From Acidobacteriota bacterium (lineage in GTDB: Bacteria; Acidobacteriota; UBA890; WLXD01): 64,000 nucleotides of DNA. Where the stretch lies: assembly GCA_963666215.2 (NCBI GenBank), contig CAXWPL010000001.1:128001-192000 (forward strand). The letters run 5' to 3'. This document shows, piece by piece, positions 10,819 through 19,881 of the stretch (position 1 is the first letter of the stretch; each line of letters starts with the position of its first letter). Both the position numbers and the translations under genes were made by a program. The notes below the pieces were generated by a model. That model worked only from the letters and a program-made list of their open reading frames with translations, made no database searches and was not told the DNA's origin.

Positions 10819-11298
10819 ATGTCCGATCGACTCACTCATCTCGACAGCAGCGGCAGGGCCCGCATGGTGGACGTCGGCGCCAAGCCGGCGACTCGGCGCC
10901 AGGCTACCGCCTCCGGCCTGCTGCGGATGTCGGCGGCAACGCTGGCGAAGGTGACGGGCGGCGAAGTGCCCAAGGGGAACGTCGTCGAGGTGGCGCGCAT
11001 CGCCGGAATTCAGGCAGCCAAGCGCACCGCCGAGCTCGTTCCCCTCTGCCATCCGCTGCCGCTGGCTCACGTGGACGTTCAGGTCGAACCCGAAGCTGAC
11101 GGGCTGCGCGTGAGCGCGACGGCCGCCACCGTGGGGCCGACCGGAGTTGAAATGGAGGCGCTCACGGCGGCTTCGGTGGCTCTGTTGACGCTCTACGACA
11201 TGTGCAAATCGATCGACAAGAGCATGGTAATCGACAGCCTCAGGCTCGAAGCCAAGAGCGGCGGCCGCAGCGGCGACTGGACCCGGACAACCTCCTAG
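10819..11298 (+). CDS. moaC: Cyclic pyranopterin monophosphate synthase
   Basis: [53 protein letters not shown]. Confidence 0.97.
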   Translation: MSDRLTHLDSSGRARMVDVGAKPATRRQATASGLLRMSAATLAKVTGGEVPKGNVVEVARIAGIQAAKRTAELVPLCHPLPLAHVDVQVEPEADGLRVSATAATVGPTGVEMEALTAASVALLTLYDMCKSIDKSMVIDSLRLEAKSGGRSGDWTRTTS

Positions 11299-11379
11299 CT
11301 CGCAGCCAGGCCCCCCGACTGGCCCGACCTTCATCAACGGTCTGCCAGCGGCGACCTGGCAAGCACCCGACGCGCGGCC

Positions 11380-11669
11380 ATCTACGGCCACCAGCGCGGT
11401 ACGTGAACGCCCGTGCGCACTCCTGGGAAAACTTTTTTTCAGTCGACCGGACGACCCACTGACCCGTCCGCTGCGGCGCGCGGCCAACCACGGACACGCT
11501 CGTCCGGGGCGAATCGGCGACGGCAGGAGGCGGGAGCCCGTGCCGGTCGATCGGCACCCGACACCGCAGTGACGATGGAGAAGCCGCGTTCAACGAGCCC
11601 CGCCCGCAACTCATCGCGGCCCGGATGGCGATCGTAGAGCAACACTCGTGCGGTGCGGTCGTGGTCCAC
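11380..11669 (-). pseudogene. Possible degenerate or frameshifted single-domain receiver-like gene
   Basis: GTG after GGGGGA. RVLLYDRHPGRDELRAGLVERGFSIVTAVSGAD resembles REC beta1-alpha1-beta2. The continuation appears in other frames (RRFAPD, VSVVG, LKK/VFPGVR). Boundaries are approximate. Confidence 0.3.
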
Positions 11670-11949
11670 ACGTCCCCCGGCTATGTCGGCACCCAAGAAA
11701 ACCTTCGATCGCGGAGGACGGCTCGGTGCGTCTGAGTCCCTCCGACTCCCGACCACGCTATGGGAAGTCATTTACACACTGCAATCCAAAAAACTTCCCT
11801 GACCGAGGAAACCGCGGAAGCCAGATGCCAGGAGTTGCGTTTGATGCGCTTGAGTGACTTGTGAAGACCAATGATGGGAAAATCAGTTCCTGAAATCGGC
11901 GAGTAGACGATCGGTGTGAACGCCACTCGGCGAAGCCGCCGACCGCCCG

Positions 11950-13002
11950 TCAACAGGCGCTGAGCAACTCACGAACGGTGGCCGGCCAGCGATGTTCGGC
12001 GGCGACCGAGGCGGCGGCCGTCCCCATCGTCGTAGCCCCCTCCGTGTCGCTCAGAACACCGAGCGCGGCGGCGAGCGCGGCGGGGTTCGGCTCCACCACG
12101 AAACCAGTGTGACCATCTTCGACCAGCTCCGCCGGACCGCCCGAATCGGTGCAGGTCAACACAGCCTTGCTCGACGAGAACGCCTCGAGCGTGACCAGGC
12201 CGTAGTCCTCTGCGCGGGCCCCGTTATAGACAGCGCTACAACGAGCCAGCTCATCGAGAAGGCCGCCCTCTCCAACTCGCCCGAGGAATTCAACCCGATC
12301 GCCGATCCCCAGCTCGCCGGCCAGCTTGGCGAGCGCGTGCTCCTCCGGGCCGCAGCCCGCGACCCTGACCCGCAAGTCGGGGAGCTTGGCCGCGGCTCGG
12401 ATCAACAGGTCTATGCGCTTGAGCGGGGTGAGACGTGCCACCGCCAGCACGGTGCCGTCGTAGCGGTCGCAACGGTAGGGTCGAGGCGGAGCCGGGGGAT
12501 ACAACACGCGCGCCTCAACTCCGCCCCAACGGCGCAAGCGATCGGCAATCGTTTGGGACTGCGCGAAAACCGGCAGCCGATGTAGCGCTCGCGTGTCGAT
12601 CGCCGTTAGCAAGCGTCGCCGCGCCCCTTCTACCAAACGGCCGCGCGCGCCAAGCGTGGCCCGGAAATCCGGCCACAGGTCGTAGTACTCCCGCATCCGG
12701 TGATTGAGCCAGACGACGTGCCGAGGATGGCGAACCATGTACGACGGAAAGCGCAGGCTGATGACGCGATCCACAGGCGCTCCGTCACCGGTAACTTCGA
12801 CGTCGGTCCAGCGGGTGGCCAGATAGGCCGATAGCTGGCGTCCGAAACGATTCTGGGGCGTAGTCCAGACTTCGGCCTCGTGCCCGGCGGCGCGCAGCGC
12901 GTGCCGGAGAGCGCCTGCAATGACACGATGGCCGCCCTCGACGAAGGGAACGTCAGAGGTCACGACCAGGACGCGCGAGGTGGGGTTCTGCGGCTCACTC
13001 AC
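11950..13002 (-). CDS. Glycosyltransferase family 4
   Basis: VPFVEGG, ARLTPLKRID, FLGRV, EDYGLVTLEAFSS, DSGGPAELVEDG. A TAGAAT -10 lies upstream at 13063-13068. Confidence 0.92.
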   Translation of the reverse strand: MSEPQNPTSRVLVVTSDVPFVEGGHRVIAGALRHALRAAGHEAEVWTTPQNRFGRQLSAYLATRWTDVEVTGDGAPVDRVISLRFPSYMVRHPRHVVWLNHRMREYYDLWPDFRATLGARGRLVEGARRRLLTAIDTRALHRLPVFAQSQTIADRLRRWGGVEARVLYPPAPPRPYRCDRYDGTVLAVARLTPLKRIDLLIRAAAKLPDLRVRVAGCGPEEHALAKLAGELGIGDRVEFLGRVGEGGLLDELARCSAVYNGARAEDYGLVTLEAFSSSKAVLTCTDSGGPAELVEDGHTGFVVEPNPAALAAALGVLSDTEGATTMGTAAASVAAEHRWPATVRELLSAC

Positions 13003-13095
13003 ACGTTTGGCGCCTCGATCGACTGAGCGAGAGGCCCACCGAACCGGGCGTTCCCGGATCGCATTCTACCGGCCAGGAGCGTCCTGAGAAGCCCT

Positions 13096-13119
13096 GCTTG
13101 TTGCAAAAAAGTCACAAGC
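13096..13119. promoter_or_regulatory. Putative enhancer (UAS) for a sigma-54 activator
   Basis: GCTTGT-N12-ACAAGC inverted repeat about 110 bp upstream of the -24 element, followed by an AT-rich IHF-like tract. Confidence 0.45.
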
Positions 13120-13226
13120 GCGTCCCGTAAGTTGATGCAGGAATGCCACCAAGCGGCCGGCGGCGAGACCCCATGAGTTAGTGTAAGTTACTGAGTCTAA
13201 ATATGTTGATGGCTTTTCTTCAGGTC

Positions 13227-13242
13227 CGGCACAGCCTTTGCT
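13227..13242 (+). promoter_or_regulatory. Sigma-54 (-24/-12) promoter of lpxC
   Basis: CGGCAC-AGCCT-TTGCT, exact GG-N10-GC spacing, 33 nt before the ATG. Confidence 0.7.
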
Positions 13243-13275
13243 TGCAGTAGCTACGAACCCGGCCGGAACCACTCT

Positions 13276-14184
13276 ATGACGTTGACTCAGAAGACAATAC
13301 GCCGCGACATCTCTTCTGCGGGCATCGGTTTGCACTCCGGGGAGCGCGTTGAGATGCGCTTGGTGCCAGCAGCGGCCAACAGCGGCATCCGCTTCCGGCG
13401 TGTCGACCTCGGTGGAGAAGAGATTCCGGTCGCTCGCGAATACCTCGACCAGACCTCGTACGCCACACGCTTGCGCAACGGTTCAACCGTCGTCAGCACG
13501 GTTGAGCACGTGCTGGCCGCTGCCAGCGGCCTCGGCATCGACAACCTGATCATCGAGCTCAACGGCGAGGAAGTGCCCATCATGGACGGCTCCGCCGGGC
13601 CGTTTGTGTACCTGATGCACGAAGCCGGCGTCCGACGGCAGCAGGCGCCACGGCGCTACATCAAGATCACAGAGCCGTTGCGAGTGGAAGAGCCGAACAA
13701 GTTCATGGCGATCTATCCGGCAGAGCGGCTGAAAATCTCGTACACGATCGACTTCGATCACCCCATGATCGGAGTCCAGCGCGAAACCTACGTCGTCACG
13801 CAGAGCGCCTTCACCCGAGAACTGGCGCCCGCTCGAACGTTCGGCTTTCTGCGCGAGGTCGAGTACATGAGGTCGCAGGGCCTGGCCCTCGGCGGCTCGA
13901 TCGACAACGCCATCGTCGTGGGCGACAACTCGATTCTGAACCCGCAACTGCGCTTCCCCGACGAGTTCGTGCGCCACAAGATCCTCGATGCGATCGGCGA
14001 TCTCACTCTGCTCGGCGCGCCTCTGCTCGGCCACGTCGTGGGCTATCGAGCAGGGCACAGGATGCACGCCGCCCTCGTCGAGGAGATCCTGTCGCAACCG
14101 CAGGCCTGGCGCCTTGTCACCTGGGACGACATCGTCTACGAGATGGCGGTTCAGCGGCCCACGGCGGCTCTCGCTACCGCCTGA
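13276..14184 (+). CDS. lpxC: UDP-3-O-acyl-N-acetylglucosamine deacetylase
   Basis: GIGLHSG, STVEHVLAA, EVPIMDGSA, ARTFGF, RHKILDAIGDL, AGHRMH. Confidence 0.97.
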   Translation: MTLTQKTIRRDISSAGIGLHSGERVEMRLVPAAANSGIRFRRVDLGGEEIPVAREYLDQTSYATRLRNGSTVVSTVEHVLAAASGLGIDNLIIELNGEEVPIMDGSAGPFVYLMHEAGVRRQQAPRRYIKITEPLRVEEPNKFMAIYPAERLKISYTIDFDHPMIGVQRETYVVTQSAFTRELAPARTFGFLREVEYMRSQGLALGGSIDNAIVVGDNSILNPQLRFPDEFVRHKILDAIGDLTLLGAPLLGHVVGYRAGHRMHAALVEEILSQPQAWRLVTWDDIVYEMAVQRPTAALATA

Positions 14185-14375
14185 GCGACCACCAAGGACC
14201 AAGGGATCGGCTCACGCAGTGAGTCTCGGCCGCTCGCGTCCCTTCGAGCTGACGTCGGACGGCGCGCGGTGACTCGTGAGGCCCCGTATTCGCCGCTTCG
14301 CCTGCTACCATGGCGCCACGCGCCACGCTTGATCCCAGCGCGCGCCCGCAGTACACCCATCGGCCGTTTGCTCCC

Positions 14376-16622
14376 ATGACCTCCCTGTCTCGCGACGACG
14401 CCCGTCGCCGCCAATTGCATCGCCGCTTGATCGTCGTCGGCCTCGCGACGGTGGCCGCGGCATTCATCGGCGTTGAGATCATGGTGCAGCGATCGGCGGC
14501 CCTGCCGCTGGTCGTGTCGAACATCTTGCTTCTGCACGCGATCACTGTGGTGAACATCCTCCTGGTGCTCGTGCTGCTGTTCGTCCTCGGACGCAACCTG
14601 GTCAAGCTCTACGTCGACCGGCGGCACGGCAAGCTCGGATCGAAGTTCCAAACCAAGCTGATGGTCACCTACGTCGGGCTCGCGATGGTACCCACGGTGA
14701 CGCTGTTCATCGTCGGCAGTGACTTCATCGACATGAGTGTCGATCGATGGTTCTCGCGTGACGTCACCGAGATCAACAGCCAGGCACGGGAGCTCGTGCA
14801 GCAGGCCTACGCTCTACAGGAGGGGCAGCTGCTGGACCTGGCGCGAGGAATCGCGGGCGACATCACGGATGAACGCCTCGTGACAACCAGCGCCTGGGCG
14901 CTTCTTGACCGCAACCTCAAGCGCCTGGTGGACGGTGAACGCTTCACCGTCGACGCAGCGGTTTTCTACAGCGAGACCGAGCGGCCACGCTCGACCATCG
15001 TTCCGCCCAATAGCCTGCTGGCCGAGAACGAAGCCGAGCTCGAGCTCCCGGCCACTCAAATCCTGCTCGCGAAGTCCGGACAGGCATTCCCGCTGCGAGT
15101 CGAGCTACCGGACGGCACGGTGCTCATTCAGGCCTGTGTGCCTGTCTTCGCGCCAACCGGCCAAGCTGTGGACGGCGTTCTGGTGCTGAGCCGGCTGGTG
15201 GATCCTGCACTCACGCAGAGGGCCGGAGCCATCCAGCAGCTCTACGCCGACTACGCCCAGGGCGCAATGGAGCGCGGCCCTATCGGTAACGCATACCAGC
15301 TCACCTTTCTGCTGCTGAGCCTGCTGATCATCTTCGGTGCGGTGTGGATCGGCCTCTACCTGGCGCGCGGTGTCACCGTGCCGATCCAGCGTCTTTCCGA
15401 GGCGACTCGCGCCGTGGCGGCCGGCGACCTGGAACATCGAGTCGAGGCGACAACGAATGACGAGCTCGGCATGTTGATCGACTCGTTCAACGGAATGACC
15501 GAAGACCTGCTCTTCGGCCAGACGAAACTCGAGCAGTCGCGATGTGACCTCGAGAAGACGGTGGCGGAGCTCGACGAGCGCCGCAGCTACATGGAGTCTG
15601 TGCTGGCAAATATCGCGGCCGGTGTCGTCTCGATGAACGCCGCCGGGGCGATCACGACTTTCAACCGCGCCGCCGGGGAGATGCTCGGCAAGGAAGCCAG
15701 CGAGGCGGTCGGGCGGTCGCACGAAGAGGTGCTTTCGGGAGAAAACTTCGCCGAGCTGCGCACACTCATGCGCCACGCCGGCCCGCGCGTCGCCGGGCTC
15801 GACGAGGAGCTCTCGGTCGAAGTCGGGGGGCAACGGTTGACGATCGCCGCGCACTGCTCGAGCCTGCGTGACAGCGGCGGTGCCTATCAAGGAACGGTGG
15901 TCGTACTCGAGGATCTCACCGGCATGATCCGCGCGCAGAAAGCCGCTGCCTGGCGCGAGGTCGCAAGGCGCATCGCACACGAGATCCGTAACCCGCTGAC
16001 GCCGATCCAGCTTTCGGCCCAACGCATCGCGCGACGCTACCGCAAGGCGGCCGGCGCCGAGGCCGAGCACGCCGTAATTGAGGAAGGTACACGAACGATC
16101 CTGCAGGAAGTCGACAGCCTCAAGGGTCTGGTGGAAGAGTTCAGTCGCTTCGCGCGCATGCCGTCGGCGAAGCCTGTCGAGGCTGATCTCCACGGAATCG
16201 TCGCCGACAGCTTGCTCCCATACCCGGAGCTCTACCCCGAGATCGAGATCGTTCGCGAGCTTGCGGCGAGCCTGCCGCGACTTCACGTCGACCCGGAACA
16301 GATGCGGCGTGCCTTCACCAACCTCTACGACAACGCCGCCAAGGCGATGGAGGGCCGCGGCCGGCTCTCCGTTCGTACGGCGTACGACAACGATCTCGAG
16401 GTCGTCCGGATCGAGGTGGCCGATAACGGTCCGGGCATCGCGCCCGAAGACAAGGACCGGCTGTTCGTCCCCTACTTCTCGCGCAAGCGCGACGGCACGG
16501 GGCTTGGCTTGGCGATCGTGCGACAGATCATCGCCGACCACCGCGGCTATGTCCGTGTGGTCGACAATGTGCCGCGCGGCGCCACGTTCGTCATCGAGCT
16601 GCCCGTGAACCGAGCCTACTGA
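14376..16622 (+). CDS. ntrY: NtrY-like sensor histidine kinase (TM, HAMP, PAS, HisKA, HATPase)
   Basis: AWREVARRIAHEIRNPLTPIQLSA H-box, DNGPG, GTGLGL. An extended -10 TGcTACCAT at 14303-14311 favours the start at 14376 over 14310. Confidence 0.88.
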   Translation: MTSLSRDDARRRQLHRRLIVVGLATVAAAFIGVEIMVQRSAALPLVVSNILLLHAITVVNILLVLVLLFVLGRNLVKLYVDRRHGKLGSKFQTKLMVTYVGLAMVPTVTLFIVGSDFIDMSVDRWFSRDVTEINSQARELVQQAYALQEGQLLDLARGIAGDITDERLVTTSAWALLDRNLKRLVDGERFTVDAAVFYSETERPRSTIVPPNSLLAENEAELELPATQILLAKSGQAFPLRVELPDGTVLIQACVPVFAPTGQAVDGVLVLSRLVDPALTQRAGAIQQLYADYAQGAMERGPIGNAYQLTFLLLSLLIIFGAVWIGLYLARGVTVPIQRLSEATRAVAAGDLEHRVEATTNDELGMLIDSFNGMTEDLLFGQTKLEQSRCDLEKTVAELDERRSYMESVLANIAAGVVSMNAAGAITTFNRAAGEMLGKEASEAVGRSHEEVLSGENFAELRTLMRHAGPRVAGLDEELSVEVGGQRLTIAAHCSSLRDSGGAYQGTVVVLEDLTGMIRAQKAAAWREVARRIAHEIRNPLTPIQLSAQRIARRYRKAAGAEAEHAVIEEGTRTILQEVDSLKGLVEEFSRFARMPSAKPVEADLHGIVADSLLPYPELYPEIEIVRELAASLPRLHVDPEQMRRAFTNLYDNAAKAMEGRGRLSVRTAYDNDLEVVRIEVADNGPGIAPEDKDRLFVPYFSRKRDGTGLGLAIVRQIIADHRGYVRVVDNVPRGATFVIELPVNRAY

Positions 16623-16638
16623 GCGAGACTGACCGACG

Positions 16639-18015
16639 GTGGCAGCCAGCATCCTGGTCGTTGACGACGAGCCCAACGTACGCGCCTCGCTCTCCGCCGC
16701 CCTGAGTGACGAGGGCTACGCCGTTCAGGTTGCGGGCAGCGGTGAGCTGGCCTTCGCCATGCTCCAGCGTCAGAGCTACGATCTGGTGCTGCTCGACGTC
16801 TGGCTGCCGGGGATGGATGGGCTCGAGGTCCTCGAGCAACTCCAGCATCTGTACCCCGGAAAAGCGACCGTGATGATCTCCGGGCACGCGAATATCGAGA
16901 CTGCCGTGCGCGCCACGAAGCTGGGGGCGTACGACTTCATCGAGAAGCCCGTTTCGCTCGAGCGCCTGCTGTTGGTGGTGGGCAACGCGCTCCGCCAGCA
17001 CTCGCTGGTACAGGAGAACACGCGCCTGCGCGCGGAGCTCAGCGAGCAGGTGGAAATCATCGGCGAAAGCGAGGGGATCATCGCGCTGCGACAACAGGTG
17101 GATCGCGCGGCGCCGAGCAACGGCCGCGTGCTCATCTTTGGCGAGAACGGCACCGGCAAGGAGTTGGTCGCGCGCCGTATTCATGCGCTGTCGCGGCGGT
17201 CCCAGGCGCAGTTCGTCGAGGTCAACTGTGCCGCGATTCCCGAGGAATTGATCGAGAGCGAGCTGTTCGGTCATGTGAAGGGGTCATTCACCGGGGCCGT
17301 CGGCGACAAGGCCGGCAAGTTCGAGCTCGCCGACGGCGGGACGCTGTTCCTCGACGAGATCGGCGACATGAGTCTCAACACGCAGGCCAAGGTCCTGCGA
17401 GTGCTCGAGGAACAGCGTTTCGAGCGCGTGGGGTCGAACGATACCCGCGAGGTCGATGTACGAGTCATTGCCGCCACCAACAAGGATCTTCGGCAAGAGA
17501 TCGAAGCTGACCGCTTCCGCGAGGACCTCTACTACCGCCTCAACGTCATTCCGTTTTCGGTGCCGCCGCTGCGACACCGGGCTACCGACATCCTGCTGCT
17601 CGCCGACCGTTTCCTTCGGCTTTTCTCGGCGGAGTACGGACAGCAAACGAAGATCCTGGCACCCGAAGCCGTCGCACTGTTGACGGAGCACTCGTGGCCG
17701 GGGAACGTCCGTGAGCTGCGCAACGTCTGTGAGCGCCTCGTCATCATGGCGCCGAACGAAACGATTGGGCCCGATGAGATCGCACCCACGATCGGCGCCG
17801 AGCGCTCACCGGAGCCAGTCGATGTCGACGGCCTGTCGCTCAGGGAGGCGCGCGAGCTGTTCGAGCAGCGGCTGATTCTCGCTAAGCTGCGTGAGTACGG
17901 CGGCAGTGTGCGCAAGGCGGCCGAGGCGCTCGATGTGGAACGCAGCAACCTCTACCGCAAGCTCAAGGCGTACGGAATTGACGCTGGCGAGCTATCCGCC
18001 GGGACCGAGGGCTAG
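16639..18015 (+). CDS. ntrX: NtrX-like sigma-54-dependent response regulator
   Basis: REC (VVDDE, LLDVWLP, MISGH), [31 protein letters not shown]-terminal HTH. Confidence 0.88.
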   Translation: MAASILVVDDEPNVRASLSAALSDEGYAVQVAGSGELAFAMLQRQSYDLVLLDVWLPGMDGLEVLEQLQHLYPGKATVMISGHANIETAVRATKLGAYDFIEKPVSLERLLLVVGNALRQHSLVQENTRLRAELSEQVEIIGESEGIIALRQQVDRAAPSNGRVLIFGENGTGKELVARRIHALSRRSQAQFVEVNCAAIPEELIESELFGHVKGSFTGAVGDKAGKFELADGGTLFLDEIGDMSLNTQAKVLRVLEEQRFERVGSNDTREVDVRVIAATNKDLRQEIEADRFREDLYYRLNVIPFSVPPLRHRATDILLLADRFLRLFSAEYGQQTKILAPEAVALLTEHSWPGNVRELRNVCERLVIMAPNETIGPDEIAPTIGAERSPEPVDVDGLSLREARELFEQRLILAKLREYGGSVRKAAEALDVERSNLYRKLKAYGIDAGELSAGTEG

Positions 18016-18915
18016 ACCATGGATCGCGTTCTCGAGAACGCGATCCACGGGCAACTGCGGCAGTTGTAGATGGTGCGCTGCCGCGGCCGTCACCGAAGCG
18101 GATGGAACGAGTCCGACGAGCTCGGTTTCGAGCACCTCGGTATTGAGCTCGGCCGCCGCAGCGCGGACGGCGTCGACCGCCACATGCAGCGGCGTCGTCT
18201 CGGGATCCTCGATATTCATCGAAACCTGTACGAGCGAGCGGGAGCTCAACGCCACGCCCATGGCCTTCACACCCGCTAGACCGCCCGACGACGCGCGCAC
18301 GCGGCGCGCCACCGCGCGGGCCACGGTCAGATCGCCGCTGGCCAGGACGACATTGTAGGCAATCAACGCCTGTCGGGCACCGATGGCCGTCGCGCCGGCC
18401 GTAGGATGGGGAGTCGTTGGACCGTAGTCAGGCCGCCACGCTGGATCGCGCATGCGCTCCTCGAGGCCCTCGAACTGGCCCCTCCGCACGCTGCTCAGGT
18501 CGACCCGCCCGGGCTCGGTGGCAGCGGCTCGGTACAGGTATACGGGCAAGCCGATGCGCTCGCCGACCCTGGCCCCCAATCGCCGTGCGACGTCGATGGC
18601 GTCCTCGATCGTCGAGCCATGGCGCGGCAACGGGACGAACGGACATACGTCCACCGCGCCGATCCGCGGGTGCACTCCTCGATGCTGACGCAGATCGACA
18701 TGCGCCACGGCGACGCTGTAGAGCCCCGTAAGCGCGTCCAGCAAAGCGTGCGGCGGACCGACCAACGTGTAGACGGTCCGGTTGTGGTCCACATCGGGAT
18801 GGACGTGCAGCAGCGTCACGCCAGGAGATGTCGCGAGCGCGTCAGCCAGCAGACGCAGTACACCACCGCGTCGACCCTCACTCACGTTGGGAACACACTC
18901 GATGAGACGCGACAA
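17992..18915 (-). CDS. ftcD: Glutamate formimidoyltransferase (stand-alone, no cyclodeaminase domain)
   Basis: LIECVPNVSEGR, DHNRTV, HRGVHPRIGAVDVCPFVP, GATAIGAR, VQVSMN, ELVGLVP. TTG start at 18915. Confidence 0.93.
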   Translation of the reverse strand: MSRLIECVPNVSEGRRGGVLRLLADALATSPGVTLLHVHPDVDHNRTVYTLVGPPHALLDALTGLYSVAVAHVDLRQHRGVHPRIGAVDVCPFVPLPRHGSTIEDAIDVARRLGARVGERIGLPVYLYRAAATEPGRVDLSSVRRGQFEGLEERMRDPAWRPDYGPTTPHPTAGATAIGARQALIAYNVVLASGDLTVARAVARRVRASSGGLAGVKAMGVALSSRSLVQVSMNIEDPETTPLHVAVDAVRAAAAELNTEVLETELVGLVPSASVTAAAAHHLQLPQLPVDRVLENAIHGLALGPGG

Positions 18916-19206
18916 GACGCCAGCTCCTGGTGCAGATGAGGACTCCGACCGGAAGCCCGACGGAGGCATGGCAAGGCTCCGCCAGGACTCCCTGCCGAGC
19001 AACGTTAGTTGACCGCAGCCACAGAATCGACACAGCCACCTCGACCGCCCACCCAGGCACACGGCTCGCTGGCGAGCGCAAACTTGCACAACAATGCACA
19101 GCTCTGCGTTGACCGACAGTGCACTGAGTTGCTACCATCTCCCGGGGCGAATTGGACGCAGCATTATTGTTGTTGGGGGGCCGTAATTCATCTGGAGTGC
19201 GGCTGG

Positions 19207-19851
19207 GTGAAGTGTCCGAAGTGTAATCACGTTACATTCGACCACCTCGCGTGCTGCCCGCGTTGCCAAGCCAGCTTTCAACTGGCACGTCGGCTAACGC
19301 AGCGTCGCGACCCACGTCGACGCATCGTGATTCCCGGCGAGCGCACGCTCGAAGCTCAGCGCACCGGCCAACCGCCACTTCTCGACCCGAGCGAGGCGAA
19401 CGAGCTGACTGCGGCCGACGCCGCCGTTGACTGCGCCGCGCCAGCACGCGAGCCGCTGGCGCCGAGCTCCGCCGATACCGGCCGGAGCGCCCCGAAGGTT
19501 GACGATCCGGCCGAGGCCGAGATCTACACCGAGGTCCGCGCCAAGGCCAATGTTTCGGTCCACTCCGAAGCACTCGCCGAGGCCAATTCCGTGACCCAAG
19601 CGGAAGCGCTCGCCGAGGCCAATGTCGACGCCCAAGCCGAAGCGCTCGCCGAGGACACGCCAGAAAGCGCGGCCGCCGAGGCCCAAGCCGTCGACGCCAG
19701 GCGACTCAAAGAGCTCATGATTCGCTCCAGCCGCGCGCGGCGCCGCCGCACCGTGACGTCAACACGAACGGTGGATCCCCCCCCTACCCGATTGGTACGC
19801 GCCGGACGCCGGCGTCGCGCCCGAGACGCCTCGCCGCGATGCCGCCACTGA
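19207..19851 (+). CDS. Hypothetical protein with N-terminal zinc ribbon and disordered Ala/Glu-rich body
   Basis: GTG after GGAG; KCPKC-x9-CCPRC. The true stop is probably 19879 if the C8 run at 19777-19784 carries one extra base. Confidence 0.65.
   Translation: MKCPKCNHVTFDHLACCPRCQASFQLARRLTQRRDPRRRIVIPGERTLEAQRTGQPPLLDPSEANELTAADAAVDCAAPAREPLAPSSADTGRSAPKVDDPAEAEIYTEVRAKANVSVHSEALAEANSVTQAEALAEANVDAQAEALAEDTPESAAAEAQAVDARRLKELMIRSSRARRRRTVTSTRTVDPPPTRLVRAGRRRRARDASPRCRH
19540..19654 (+). repeat. Imperfect 36-bp coding tandem repeat (about 3.2 copies)
   Basis: Units start at 19540, 19576, 19612 and 19648 (gccgaggccaat...gaagcgctc), encoding AEANxxxQAEAL. Confidence 0.85.
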
Positions 19852-19881
19852 ACGGACACCGACACCGAGGAGGGCCTGAAC

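Noticed and set aside
19540-19654. CRISPR array (36-bp periodicity)
   Set aside because: The units are contiguous, degenerate and in-frame coding, with no spacers and no cas genes.
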